Positions 13,386 through 27,535 of a DNA stretch of 64,000 nucleotides are shown in pieces; the stretch's first letter is position 1; each line of letters starts with the position of its first letter. A program made the translations under genes and the position numbers. The DNA comes from Ophelia neglecta (lineage: Eukaryota), in NCBI GenBank assembly GCA_965285935.1, contig OZ260666.1, positions 68,386,001 to 68,450,000 of the forward strand, read 5' to 3'. The notes below the pieces were generated by a model. It saw nothing but the letters and a program-made list of their open reading frames with translations. It did no database searches and had not been told where the DNA came from.

Positions 13386-16300
13386 CTGACATCTATGACT
13401 TTTATGTAAACTAGATGGTCCCTTAGCCTAGATACATTGGTTGTTTTATGTATAGGCCTATACTAGATAATCTCTTAGCCTAGATAAATTGATCTATTTT
13501 TAAATAGTTGATCATTTAACAAGAATGCATGATACACAAAACATTCATTTCTATAAATTTGCAAATATTTAATTGTGGTTAATACTGATGTAAGTAGATT
13601 TCAAACGATTTGATGCATAGACGGGGATGATCGTAACTTTTGCTTCTTTTACAAGGATAGCCTATTAGCCATACTAGGCGACGTCTATTGATATAGGCCT
13701 AATGTGCTCGGAGTTACCTAATATATAATCTTGATTAATATGACAGTAATTCTTGTTTTTATTTTCCGATTAATGGTGACCATATACTTGAATAAGCCCA
13801 GGCTTATAGGCCTAGCATAATCTTTGATTTACTCGTACTTGACTTATTTCAAATAGGCTAGGATTTCGTATTGAAATTTGTGACAGACAATTTAATAGTT
13901 GGGCAATGCTTTGACAGTTATTTGTTTCAAATCCCAAGGAAAAATTCCTAATTAGTGGAATATGAAAAAAAAGGATTGGGTTGTTTGAAAACTCTGAATG
14001 GCGCCATTGCTGGTTTGGAGTGTCTGGGTGCGTCTATTTATAGCCGCCCTTGGGGACGAAGAAGGGCGTCTCCTCGTGAGACTTGGCCACTCTATTTTAC
14101 CATATTTATATGTTTCCCTCCGCCCCGAGACTGTCTCTATTAGTTCTATTAGCTCTCCAGCCGACAGAATCAATGAAAAGTAATTTTCTCTGTCAGTGTT
14201 CAGCCGTGATGTAAACCAACATGAAAACTGTATTCACGCGATTAGCTCTGGAAATTGGTAGAGTCAGTCGCGCGACTGTTTACTTCGCTCACGCCCCACT
14301 CGGGCTAATTTCTCGGCACACTTCACAGGCAGCCGAGTATGATTTTCAATCTTCGGAATTTTCCACCAGAATTCGCCTCAAGCCACATAAAGGTCGCTTC
14401 TATTTTCATTTGGATGAACAAGAGGAAGACACGGGAGAAATGGGCCAAATTAATTTAGCAGTTTGCCTTTCTCTTTTCGCGACCCGAGCTGGGTGGGTCA
14501 ATAAATTTGTTGATTTGAACTGATCATGGAATTAGCTTCAAGTGTGCAGGGCACACTCGATCAACATCTGAAGATCTTTATTGCCCTCTACTTACATTAT
14601 TTGAAGTCCCGGATGTCTCGTTCACCTCCGCCCGTCTTCTCGTTCAAACCCAATGATAACTTACACGATAGGCGTGGCATTTTCTGATCTTACATCAAGT
14701 TTGCTTAGAGCTAACCATGCTCATGACGCGGTTGTATTGTTAAAAGGACCTGTATTTATAGACTGGTTGCCGCTTTGAGTGGGAAACAGACAGTTTTCGT
14801 CCAGCGCGTTCTTGAAATAATGTCAAATAGAATTTTCACTTTTAAAGTTTCCGGCCTGCTGCACAAGTCACTGTTAAAAATATCTTTAAATTTGTTTTAA
14901 GAGAGGCCAAAGCATTCAGCCCCTAAATTAAAAAGTACCTATTTTGTATTATTAATAGAAAACTATAGAAAATAAAATTGTTTTTAAGCATCACCTAAAT
15001 GTTGGCATGTTGTGATTCTTCTATAGCTAATAGTTAATCACGTGTCTTCTAGGTATGAGAATAGGGCCTATAGCTAAATTAATTCCACGGTGTAATCCGT
15101 GAAGACTAACCAGACAGCAAGAGCTTCCCCTTTAAAGAGAGTACATGCACAGCACATAATCAGGCCTTAAAAATGTTAAATGTGCCCCCTTTTTTCATAT
15201 TTTTCGCATGAATCGACTGATAGAATGCTTGTTGGTTTGGGATGTACAGCTGACACGCGTGAACTCGCCATATCACACGCGATTTTGCGTGATTTCATCG
15301 GTTCATTTAACGCCGAACCTGCAATCTACACAAAACATCTTAGGTCCTACAAATACAGGAAATCTAATATCTAAACTACCCATAAGCTATTTCGCGCCGT
15401 TTTCAATGCTAAAATGTCGTCTGCCGCAGACGGTATTCAGCGCACGCGATCTGCTGCTCGGTGAGCGATAATATGATTTTAATCCGCTAACTTGATGGTT
15501 CATTACAAGACAGTAATGAGATTATCTGATTAGTGTAAGTGGCGAACGGCGATGAAGCTAATAACGTCACGGACTCTAAAGGGGAGTAGCCCACACTCGG
15601 CTGTAAGCCGATTTAGCGGTCCGGACCTAGAAAACTCATAGCAACTGCTAGTGGGCTTCTTTCTACTCTCACGGCCTAGCTTTTCCGCAGCGACGAATCA
15701 TAGGTGTATGTTAAATTCAGAAATATTTCTGATATGTGGACAATTTAATGCAGTGAATGTTGGAGATATTTATATATTCATTGAAAAATGATGCTAAGTT
15801 ACTAGTATTCAACTTAATTGGAGGCGCTTACGGTATTACACAGTCTTATACGAGAAAGAGAGGACCTTTATATAGCAAAACAAATGCGCAACTGCAATTT
15901 TTTGAGGCCATTCTCAATAGCCATCAACGCAATACCTGTATAACTATACATAATTAAAATGGCGAACAAAAAGTTAAGTTTCTGTTGTTAACAAAAAAAT
16001 CAACAAAAGGTAATTTAGTTTATACGTTCAATGGAATATCTTATGAATTTAAGTGGGTTTATAATGGTTGAAATGCCTTTATTTTTCTGGTTTACCCGAG
16101 TCCACAAACAACAGTTTCAGGATCGATGTCCTTGAGATCGATATATGTCGTGTCCGCCCTGTTAAAGCTGCAATTCGATCCAGTGGACTTAACTCATGTG
16201 AAATATTAAGTGATTTATCGAGACTTTTATGTAGCGTGGTGACAGCTGCTGTACAATTAAAGACCTGCTTGAAATGATTTCATTCGGCATATGTCAAACA

Positions 16301-19119
16301 GGGAGGGACTGTAATAGTAGACAATCACAATTAGATTCTAAGAACACATCGTCTTTCATCCCGCCGCAGCTTTGAACATTGGACGGTAATGAATTTCGCC
16401 CCGTAACCAAGGTTTGGTACTTAAAACAAATCTTGTTCAAACCACGTTCCCTTGGGGAACGAACGTGACATCCTGAGACACCACGAGACCACATACAGTG
16501 TCGTCTGCCTTGAGATTTGGCAACAAACGTCGCTGATTATAACAATGAATGTTCCGTACTGGGGGTATCAAAGTTCTAACAACAAATTAAGACGTACCTC
16601 CGACTTCTGTGATGTTTTATCATTCTTTGTCAACATGTGGACGCAGCCAACCAAAAGTTGAATAGAAATACGAACAGTTTGACTGAACCAACTGCAGTAC
16701 AGTATGATGTACAATGGACCATTGACATGGTCATTTATTATAACTAATTATTGGGTTAGAATGATGGAATTTGACCGGCCGACTTAGAAAAGCCTCAAAG
16801 ATCTAGACAAACTTACTGCCCTCTATCGCTACTCCTATAGATGGGAGTAGAGCAGACAGTACAGACACAGGACTAGGTCTACCGGCCCAAGACCCATGCA
16901 AAATTAAATTTTAAAACTCAAATGATCTTTCCGGTGGAATGGTGATATCAATCAAACCCATGGTGACAAAATACATGGCGAGCTCCCTCTTGAACCAGAA
17001 GGCGTGTACATAAATACATATTTATTTATTTATAAAATTTATTTATCCCGATTTGCCCTGACGACTGCGACTGCCTTCATTATACACATAGTCCGAAGAA
17101 AAGATTTAAAGTCATTTGATGGCGAGAAATGTAAGACGCTATTCATCAAGTCAAGCGTGACTTATGACAGTAAAATATACTTTTAAGTTCCTGCAGGTTG
17201 ATGAAGCCGCGTTGTTGCCTCAATGGCGAATTGTGATATTAGGCCTATTTTCGAAAAAGTTTCCGGGATTGGCGTGGCATTGTTTTAAACAAGCACCTGT
17301 CTATAAAAAAAAACTTATTTAGTTCTTTACCCAGCACCACAATTCCAGCGAATCTACAAGACTTCCAAATTTAAATTGATTTTTGCAAACGACAAAATGT
17401 ACAATATGGGTTTAACCGATTCACCTATTTGCCATTTTTGCTTCTCCTTACCTGACAGTATAGAACATCCATATTGGTTACGTCCATTGGTATAAAACCT
17501 ATAGGGAGAGGGTTTTCAGTGGCTCCGGAGTCAAAATTTCTCGGATAACAAGGCCCCCTTTTACAAAAGGGACGCTACAGTTGCTACTCAATGAAGAATT
17601 ACCCTTCTATTTACCCTTTTTTATACTGGAATGTTGAATGAAACAAGTGAGGAAGGGACAAGAAATTGACAGCAAGGCACCTGGAAAAATGTTTGTGGAT
17701 GGAACCTTTGTTTCATATGCCTTTATACGTCGAATACTATTTAGGGCGAGAACTGATGACTTTTCAGTCTGATTGGTTAAACGCTGTCAATCGGTGCGTC
17801 ATGAATTAAGATCATTGCATGCGTGATCTTGGGGATTGCGTGACCTTGAGGAGATTCAATTTCTCCTTGGTTGGTCGTGATGTGTTGTTGTATGACGAGA
17901 TTTGGCAGGTGACGAGAGCTCGATGAGATTGGCGCCGACTCCATGTCATTGCACGCCGTCTTCCTGCATAGCTCTGGTGTGAAGTACCACGTGTCTCAGA
18001 GACCGTACAGTGTCGTCTGAATGTAATTTCGGCATGATAGCTTCATTACACTATTGTATTTTCATTAACTTAGCAGCTTGTGTGACATGCCATGCTTAAT
18101 AAACGCTGAATGGTTAAAAATAGAATGTAGTCTCGCAATTTCAACCTGTTGCCGTAAAACTCAGTCGCGAAACAATGGCTTAGAAGGCAAACCCGTAAAT
18201 CAGACATACGTTTATCGTCTGCCTAACGTCCCGGGAAAGGCGGGAAGTAATACAATCCTGATTTATCGCTCACTCAACTCATTATGAGTTAATACGGCAT
18301 GAGGGATGTTGGAGACCATACAAGTATCCATCATTTTCCCCCGCCAAACTCGCTCAACTCTGAAATCGCCATCTACCTAGGAAAGAGAAATCAATCATTG
18401 ACAGGAGCCAAATCAATAGCGGTCCCCAGCACGAGATTCAATAACAAGAATCTGGTTTTAAGCCCCAAATGAAAGATTCAACGTTTTGTCGACTGTGAAA
18501 TTGAAACTTTGAAAGTCACTGTGACTGAAGCCGTGTCTTTGTGGAGCCCCAATGACTTGTTCAGCGGGCTGGAAACTTTAAAAGTGAAATTTCTATTTGA
18601 CATGAAAGCGAGTTTAGAACGACGTATTGCCAGGCGTCTTAGACACTGATCGAGATGGATAGGGAGATATCTGTATGGTGTGTGGGGCGAAAACCGCCCC
18701 GGCGATCTGTTGCCGGGGCGAGAGGCTAAAGCCTGGAAGACCCGCTCACAGGCCTGTAAAAGAGAGTTGGAAAGGAGAGTTCTCCTGCATAGTAAGGCGG
18801 GCTAGAAGAGTCCGGGCGCATGTCTTCTTTTCCTCTCACCCTCACCGCGAGTCCCCTCACCGCAAGTTCACCCCTTTTTTTTAAAAAAAAATGCAGTGAT
18901 CAGGGGCAATTTCAGAAGCATTTGCGCCGAATATTTGAGATGAAATAAAACTGAAAAAGTTGACTATTTTGAAAAAATTTACCAGTAGAACCAGGAGAGA
19001 CGTGCCGATTAACACATGGTATAAATAATAAGGTCGTTCACACATTCTGATTAATCAATCTTTTGGACTTGTATATAAATATGTTCCCTTCTTTATTTCT
19101 CACCCGTTATACAATTGCT

Positions 19120-19248
19120 TACATGTTGAAGTTGGCTAATATCGCGCATCGATTAATTCAGTTTCAAGTCACCTAATTTCACGCATGCGCACGGTGTAAG
19201 GGTAATGCGCAGAATTAAACGATGTGCGAAATTACCTTAGTTTACTAT
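19120..19248. mobile_element. MITE-like palindromic element (family A, copy 2)
   Basis: CTAATATCGCGCATCGATTAATTC (19136-19159) matches the reverse complement of GAATTAAACGATGTGCGAAATTAC (19212-19235) at 20/24 nt. It shares sequence with 669-800. Confidence 0.6.
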
Positions 19249-20493
19249 GATATCTACCGTAAATATAGGCTTCCTCCACAAAACCAATCATGTGTGAAAA
19301 AAAATTAGGTCTTTAGACGAAATATCGTTTGGTATACCATACATTATTCGCCGGCGTGTTTCAAGCGAAGTTATTTTTCATCACAGAACCATGAGTGTTT
19401 CTGGCCGAACCAGAGGACCCTTATTTCATCGGTTCTGTGCCAAATATACTGGCATATACTTAAAAAAAAGTATAAAAATACAACAATAGTTGCACGTTTC
19501 TTCTTCAAATGTTCATTGCGAAACGACTGTGATGAGTAGAGAAAAACAACAAACACATTTAAACATTCTCTAATTTCCACAAAAGCACTGAAAAGTTTAT
19601 AAAGCGCGCCCGATATGAATATATCCTAAAATCAACATTAAAAATATGATAATTTGAACTGTATGAATCATACAGTTGGTCAGGCGATTCATGATTTTGT
19701 TGACTTAACCTACTGATAGAGTTAAAATAGTCTCATGTCAGGTACGGTGGAGTTATAAGATAAATGCGCCTGTCAGGCAGGTAAACCCATCACCCACTCT
19801 CTGTCCTGACCCCCGTGTCCCGCTACTCCTCCCTCCCAACACCCCATAAACACCACACCAACGCCTGGATCGAAAACAAAACACATTATACTTTAATGAC
19901 ACGATAATGACATAAATGGTTTGAGGAAACGAATGCCGCGCTTCACGCCTGCCTCGGTAATTTCACGGTGCTAATTTGCACGGTTTGGGTAACCTGGCGT
20001 GGTTTAGGCTGGTGCATCTATGCGCTGACTTAATTAGGATTCTATACAGTGCAAAAGTAGAATTGAATGTTTGGGAAATACTAACAAACTCCCTTTTGGC
20101 GGGACCAGCCATTCACAAAGCGTTTTATTTTTAAATTCCGCACGCGCCGATTTGAATTCGACCATTTGGTGCGTATAATTCGTCACCCGGTTCCTTGATC
20201 GAAAACCATCTGCCTGTTTGGCGCGCATCTCGCGAGTTTTGACGGCCATCGTCTGCTCTGCGTTTATTTATTATAACACTCGATTTGAGCTTATTTTTCG
20301 GCATATTTGGTACTCATTTTGCCGCAGCATCAATCTAGCGAGAGAATTTTTCACCGGATGAGCAGATCCGACGGGTAGAGGTGTGGTCCTATGAGTGTTG
20401 TACTAGTCTTCTAAGCCTTATCCGGTAATCGCGCGCCGGCTACCCCGGCCATATCAATAGCACGGTACACAAGCCAGGAGAAATCCCACGAAT

Positions 20494-20600
20494 CCCCGCC
20501 CGGCTCGCGCCCGAGCCACCAGCCAATCAGCGTCCGGCTTTTCGCTCCAGTTGGTTCGTCGTATAAAAAGCGGGCCTGTGATTTACTGCGGTGCTAGAAA
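20494..20600 (+). promoter_or_regulatory. Pol II core/proximal promoter (GC-box, CCAAT box, TATA box)
   Basis: CCCCGCCC (20494), AGCCAATCAG (20521) and GTATAAAAAG (20561) occur in canonical order and spacing within CpG-rich DNA. The predicted TSS is ~20590-20600. Confidence 0.75.
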
Positions 20601-20681
20601 TGGTTTGGTGAAGCGCGAGCTCGGATCACCGCAGCTATACCGGTCTCGTCTGCTTCGGCTCTGTGAGGCGAACACTTAAAG
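20595..20681 (+). other. Candidate non-coding first exon (start approximate)
   Basis: It begins ~30 nt after the TATA box and ends at AAAG|GTAATG (GT at 20682). Its only ATG (20600) is closed after three codons (ATG GTT TGG TGA). Confidence 0.55.
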
Positions 20682-23600
20682 GTAATGTGTGACTTTCATT
20701 TCATTACCTATCTGCTTGGTTTAGCTTCTCTAGGCCCCGGTACACCGGCATCTGACGGTAAATCGTGTCGGAATTCATCCCCGTTCGTGCGACAGTCACT
20801 TTACCGTGTTTATCAGATCATTTTACGCCAAATTCCACGTCCCTTCTTTGCTTCTGTGACCGCACTCACGAACGAGCGTGAAGTCAACCTAAAAGATATC
20901 GAGGCAGCGTCTCACCCTATCGCTAGCTTATAACTGCTTTACTCAACCACCGTGCTCAAACTCCGCTCAAATCGAGCACGTAATTAATAAATACGCCGAA
21001 AAACGCGATGATACGTTAGAAGCAAAGAAGCGGTCAGGATTTTTGACTTGATTATACGGGCCATTTTGCTTTCTTCCACTTGGGCTTTGATAAAGTCGTC
21101 GACACATTTGTCTCCTCGGGGACACTCGGTGCACGGATACCTTCCCCGGCCCCTGACGCGCCTTGCATGGTTACCTCATTGTATGAATGACGGCCCGGAC
21201 TACATTGTACTCATAAACCTATTCATAAAATATATGAAAAGGTATAATAAGTAAACATCTATATGTCGATGGCGGAATGTGTACGAATTACAGACTGGCG
21301 TCTTAAATATTAATAAATCATAATATAGCGGCTTCCAATACATGCTTACATTTATATGAGGCGAGTTTGCGCACCCCTTAATTGTTATCTTCTTAGCTTA
21401 TTCTCATTATTAATCCTCTTAAGATGTTGTCAATGATAGCTAGCCTATGAACTGAGCTCAGCGAGGCCAGGCTCACCTTCAGCTTGGTCAACCGACATAA
21501 GTATCTTACCGATTGACAAATAATGAATGATTTTGTCATTGTGACATTGATTGTATAGCCTAGATATTGTCCACTAGTATAGCTGATATGAATATTTGTA
21601 TATTTTCTCATTGATAGCCTATTCGCTTTTACTGCCCAAAGAATGGTGTCCTTGGTGTCAGAGACCCCTGGACGAGCCAGTTTTCATTAACAAAAGATGA
21701 ACCGACATCATAAATTATTCGGTTCCTGTCACCATTCCGTTTTCAATGCCCGAGTCCAGATTGGTCATTTATAAAACGCTGGCGTGTAAAACGCGAATCT
21801 TGGTTCTCAATATTGGGTGATGTTTTCGCCATTAAGTCGAAGAGCTGTCAACGCGATAGGGTTGTAGTGTATACCCTCATTGCTCTGTTCGTGGGGGGCA
21901 CACTCCGGATGGACCATAGCCCCTCCCCTAAGCACCTGCGGGTACCTGCCTCAATAGCATCAATCATCAAGTTGAGAAATTGCTAATTTATTGTGCTCGC
22001 CAAAACCTCGCACCTGATAGCTGCCGTCAAAGAGAATGTTTAGATAATTATTGGTTGGCCAGACCTTAGTGAAAGTGGACGTGATTGCTCGGTATTTAAC
22101 TTTTATTCGGATGAAAACTCGAATATTGCCAGTACGAGCCCCGCTGATGATGTGGCATGAAAATTGAAATTTCCAAATTGTGTCCATCATCAGGACGATT
22201 CACACCACGCTGGCGGGCCATATGCCTCCGTGGCGAAAATTAGTCCCCATCAGCACTTGGGATAATTACTCCCGTGGCCAGCCCTACTTCGTATATTATT
22301 GGGGGGTTGTGCCTTGTTGTAATTAATTATGAAGTGGTTTACAGTAAAAGGCGTACAATACTGGTGTGAGACAAATGTCGTCTGTGGTTTTAATGGCCAA
22401 CCTGAGTTTTATCGCCTTTCAGTAACTTTAAATTGTCAAATGTCGGCTGCTGTGTCTTACTCCCCTTGGCAACCAAAGCCTGAAGAGAGAAGAAGGCGCT
22501 GGTAGAGGCATTGGCCAACTAGGCACCAGGGGTCAACGTGGAACTTGAAGTAGCTTATTTATTTCCTACCCAAGACATTTGGTACCCTGCAGCCTAATTT
22601 GCCATTTTTTGCGTTAAAAAATGTGCAGCTCGTCCTAAAGCCTGGTCCTTCTCCGCAGACGGCTACTGTGGTACTGCCTCCAGTAGCCATTTTGGTGTTT
22701 TTCCCTAGTTTTGCCGGTGTAACAGCTTCTAGTCGACCCCGTGACCGAGCCCAACATAGTGAAGCCTCTGCCCTAATTCGACAAGTCAGAGTAGCGGAAA
22801 CTCGCGATAACACAGCGAGAGTTCTGCCTCGCGGGATTTACGAGACTTCCCCGCGAGGCTCCAAATTACCCGCTCAGAACGGGGACTATCGCTGAATAGT
22901 TATAAACCTCCAACTTGGTGTACAGAAACAAAGGACTATTGTCCAGTCTTAATGGAATGTGCTCCAGTGAGTCACATGACTTAGTCACGGAAAGCCGCAA
23001 ATCGGCAGATAAGAGACAATTTACAGCATGTCGTAAATGTAGGGCTTGGTGAATTTCCATGAAATATATCCGTTTTCGATGAACTCTGAATCTACAGTGC
23101 GCCATGTGACCCTGACGTCATTCCCCATTTTATTATGATCAAAATACAGCCACATTCTCTCCTTAGTCCTGCATCTCAAGACAGAATTAACTCAAAATGT
23201 CCATATTACTCGGTGATACGAAAAAAATAACTCACGCTGATCGTGTCTACATATTCATCAGCGAATGTGATGAAATTACTTTTCGATGCATGGAAAAACG
23301 TAATCATTATATTGTATGTTTGTATACCTAATATGGGGACATTGAATGAATTAAATCTGGGGGTCACAGCCAAAAGAACATGAAAAATGAGATCACCCAG
23401 ACAAGCTTACATCGGAACAGGACGACCTACTTGAAAGGTCGCCTTGTAGAATGATTGTTTGGACTAAGTTTTGCCAATATTTTAAGGTAGCAATTCCTTG
23501 ATCGCGTAGCAGTCATTTTCAGCTATTTTCTTGCACCCAGGCGCCTAATTTCTGCGGGCCCTGGGGGAGTGTTTATGGGGGTAGCCTCACACCTGAGCGG

Positions 23601-24135
23601 GCTTGTGACCCGGCGTGAATGCCAAGTGGCCTCGCCTCTTAGTGTATTGCCTCCCCGGTTTATGGAGGCAGAAAGCCTCTCACACTCACCAGTCTTCTCC
23701 GCCTATTAATCTTCTATAGGCCCTTGGTATTCTGTGAATATATCCTTTGTAGACGCCATGTTGTTTGTTTTTTCCTTCTTTTAGAAAGGTTAATCGATAA
23801 ATCCTGTGTTCTGAGTTTTTACGAAGCAAGGTGGTTATATTTTTCCTCCCAGCTGCGATGCAAAGTCGCCGGTATAGAATTATGGGGATTTTTAACAAGA
23901 GTCTAAATATACAGAATTTGACTGGGTGTGTCGCATATAATGATGTAATGTACTGTCCTAAAGGACAGGTACAGGTATTTAGTTGTCGAAAAGGGGCCCA
24001 GACACCAGTTGATCTTGGATAATTGATACGAGCGGTCGCTCATCGTGGTGAGATTATGATTCGTGCCTCTGGGGGGGTACGCCCCCCACACCTTCCAGGT
24101 TCTCTGTTTATCAACTATATATGTAAAAGGTCCGA

Positions 24136-24171
24136 CCCCCCCCCCCCACACACACACACACACACACACAC
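24136..24171. repeat. Poly-C run followed by a (CA)n microsatellite
   Basis: C12 followed by about 12 AC units. Confidence 0.95.
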
Positions 24172-24472
24172 CACACCCTGTCTAGATAAAAGAGAAACCG
24201 TTAAGTTACTCAAATCCGCTATGATTTCATGATGTAGGAGCAGCAATTTAGAACAGTTGATGCTTGGTTAGCCTTTCACAGGTAGATAGAATACATGGAG
24301 ATTTATTGGGAATTTTTTTTTTGCAATGAGTCCTTAACGCAAAGGGTGTATCTCAGGGGTCGTGACCTCAAACAGGCCTCCCTTGTAGCAGCGGGGATTC
24401 ACTGTCATCCCGAGACCTCGGGAGCAGCACAGCCGCGTGGCATCTGCTTCATTGTAGTAGGTTCAGTGTCGA

Positions 24473-24488
24473 TCACCAGATGTCGCCA
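24473..24488 (+). promoter_or_regulatory. CTCF-like site
   Basis: TCACCAGATGTCGCCA versus the consensus CCASYAGRKGGCRS (2 mismatches). Confidence 0.4.
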
Positions 24489-24906
24489 CTGCGCTGGTGT
24501 CTCCCACTGACAGTGAAGACCCGGTGTGACATGCCATGCGACAGGTTAAGAAATACCACTTCACCGAAGCTAGGCCTACTTCTCTTCATCGGAGACACAC
24601 TTATAGGCCTATGAACTTACTAGTGGGTTTTTAACATTGTCAATTTGTGAATTTTCGAATCGCAAAATTTACTTCAATTTCAAAAACTGAAAATCAATAA
24701 ATTTGCGAGAAGCAAAGTACGACCAAAATCATCCTTTATAATCAATCTGTCTTCACGCAGGAGCCTCACTTCCGATTAACAGCCGCTGTAGGACTATCGT
24801 GGAATGGTTTTGATGTTTTCTTGTAATTTCTATCATCAATTTCTTATAAAACAAGAAACGGATGGCATATTTCCATAGATAAACACTGCACACAGACCAG
24901 AGCACC

Positions 24907-24939
24907 TGTAGTACTGAATTTCGCCACCAGGTGTCACTA
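24907..24939 (+). promoter_or_regulatory. CTCF-like site with an upstream (U) motif
   Basis: The core GCCACCAGGTGTCACTA (24923-24939) is preceded at U-motif-like spacing by TGTAGTACT (24907-24915), compare TGCAGTNCC. Confidence 0.55.
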
Positions 24940-25309
24940 CATTACAGCGATTTGCCATGAGCCAGCTTGGTAGCTTACTCTGCGGACAAACTCCTATATT
25001 GATGAGAGCAAGCTCTAGCTGAAGATTTGGATTAAAACATTGAACAATGACTGGATTCAGCAGCTAAGATAGCCGCCATTGCCGGATCTATTCTTTTGGG
25101 TATGATATATTAATGGAAACCTGATTCCTTGACGCGAAGCTGTGATTAGGTTTTGAAACAAACGCATTATTCTTCTTATGAATATGTACAAATAGGAGTT
25201 TGTTTTAATTGTTGATCATAAACCTTTTGTTAGACAAGAGAGGGCGCGGGGCGGAGGTGAGAGGGGGGGCGAAGTCATGCTACAGGCCACCCTTTCCCTG
25301 TCCCACTTG

Positions 25310-25323
25310 GTTGCCCGGGTAAC
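25310..25323. promoter_or_regulatory. RFX X-box
   Basis: GTTGCCCGGGTAAC. Confidence 0.5.
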
Positions 25324-25550
25324 GTACCCCTATATGGGGTATGATATGTCTCTTCCCAGAGATGCCTCTAGGTACACCCTTCCCATGATACCGGACTTTC
25401 CCCATTCTCTTAAAAAATTCGTATTTACCCAAACCAGACCTGTATCTGTGAAGGCCCCCTATTTACCTCTCAGATCCTCACGCTTCTTGCCTACTTCATC
25501 TCAAGATATCTTCTCTATCGGTACACCAGTCACGTATTCCCCTCCCCATC
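25314..25550. mobile_element. Possible degenerate copy of the family B element
   Basis: CCCGGG..TACCCCTATAT..GATATGTCTCTTCCC is similar to 1405-1460, and the right end is C-rich. Boundaries are uncertain. Confidence 0.25.
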
Positions 25551-27535
25551 ACTAGACCAAATCTACTGGCTCTTAGGGCTTTTATCATTCTCCCAATATT
25601 CGGCGGTGGTCATGAACAACATGCTTATGTGAAATGAGACAAATACACACTGAGGTCACCAGGAGTACGATGCGGTCGTCTTTTTATCGCGAGAAAACAA
25701 CGCCAGTCACGTTCGGTGGCAAAATGTCGTCCTCGGATAAAACAGAGACAGGCGGAAGTTCATCTCGCGCATCTTCTAGAGTTACCCTCGCGACCTTATT
25801 GTGTGTTTTTGTAGAGCTTGTCGTACGCCGATATTGTGTTTCTTGTGATATTCTAACCAATAATCCGGTAATTATTCGACCGACCCATGGCGTATGACAC
25901 GCCCAAATCCGTGCTTTGAATCTAAATTACCCCAGCAAAAGACGGATTTCACATTACCGAGTTTCATCCTATTGTCCATCGCCACTCGCCAGAAGTCCTC
26001 GAGAATTTTCGAGGAGACATCAAGCGGTAAAAAAGTAGAATGTTCTTTTGTGTGGAGGACGATTGGGAGTTCATTATATGCTCTCCGGGCCGTCAGATTT
26101 AACTCAACATAGTTAGGCCTATTAAGAGATTGGCTTTGTGCAGCGGAGTTAAATTCACTGGTGGAATACACTTTTTCTTTTTTTCTTTGGAGGCGGTAGT
26201 CAGGGGCTTTGCAAATAACAAACATTATTCCCCTCAGCTCGATACAATTTTTTTCAATAGGCCCCTAAACATCCCGAAGGGTGGGAAGGGGAATCTCCTT
26301 ACAGAAGGGCATTGCCCAAGACACCCGCACATCCCGTCCGGGCCCCTGCTAACTCCCTCCGCTCTCCAAATGAAAACTGACCTACCCTTCGAAAATAACT
26401 ATATCCTTCCCTTAATAACCCATCATACAAAACAATGTGTGGCCTATCCCTGAGACCGCAAGAACAACGTAATAATCTAAACATTTCTAGATAATAAACT
26501 GATATATAAGTGTGCCACATTCACATTGTTTATTGTCCCTATATGGGCCTATTGCATGCCGGAATTCCTATCACGGCCGATTGAAATTCATAATTAAAGT
26601 TGTTTTCGCTATTGTTTGCATATGTCAATTTTCCATTGTTGCATATACAATAATATCGTGTGTCATTTAAATCCCGTGACTTCTAAACAATGAGATTACA
26701 ACGAGATTATGTCGTCGATATAGGACCACCATGATGTTCTCCGCCTGGCTCATCAGTTAAAAACAATATCTGAACATCACATGACTGCCCGTGATTAATT
26801 ATGATGTGAACCCCGTTGTTTGTATGACATAACTGACCAATCATACCCCCCGTTATTAATCGTGCCTCCTGGACGGACGCTTCAATTATGACCTTGACAA
26901 TGATAATGCAATATACACCAAATAGCACTGATTAGACCTAACGAGAAGACATGATTGACACGCGTTGCTAGGGGTGTAACACTTGTTTTTGTTCCTAAGG
27001 GGCATTTTCTCCTTGATTAAACCCAACTCATCAGCAATTAACTTAAATGAAGCCTATTGATTAGCACTAGCTATCGGGAACATCTTCTGAAAATTAATTT
27101 AGCTTTTCTTCATGCAATTACCAACGATATCATTTCTGCAAGAAAACTACTAGTGTATCGACAGTCACCAAAGTAATTTATACCATACACTTACCAAGCC
27201 CTATTGTAGATCATATACTGACCCGACTGATAAAAACACTTCTTTGGTTTCTCCCTATTGGCCACCTATTTACTAGTTATTTGACTGACGCGTTATTTGA
27301 CTGAGTTCTAGGCATCGATTCCAAATGAAATCACACACGCTACATGGCATTTTCTATCATGACTTGAGGATGTAAACCAGGCATTTTTCGGGTACAGGAT
27401 AATCGCAAAAAACCAGAAAATTTCCCGTTCTGGAATATTGCTTTCATTAGATTAACATGCTTATGAATATTTTACACGTAAAAACAAATCCTACCATCAG
27501 CAAGTAGTTTAGGATGAAGTTTCTAAAAGCATATA

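Noticed and set aside
16815-16829. Additional CTCF-like matches (16815, 39793, 46508)
   Set aside because: Only the 3' half of the core matches, with three or more mismatches.
26447-26468. lin-4/miR-125-like sequence TCCCTGAGACCGCAAG
   Set aside because: Only the 5' part matches, and there is no complementary arm nearby to form a pre-miRNA hairpin.
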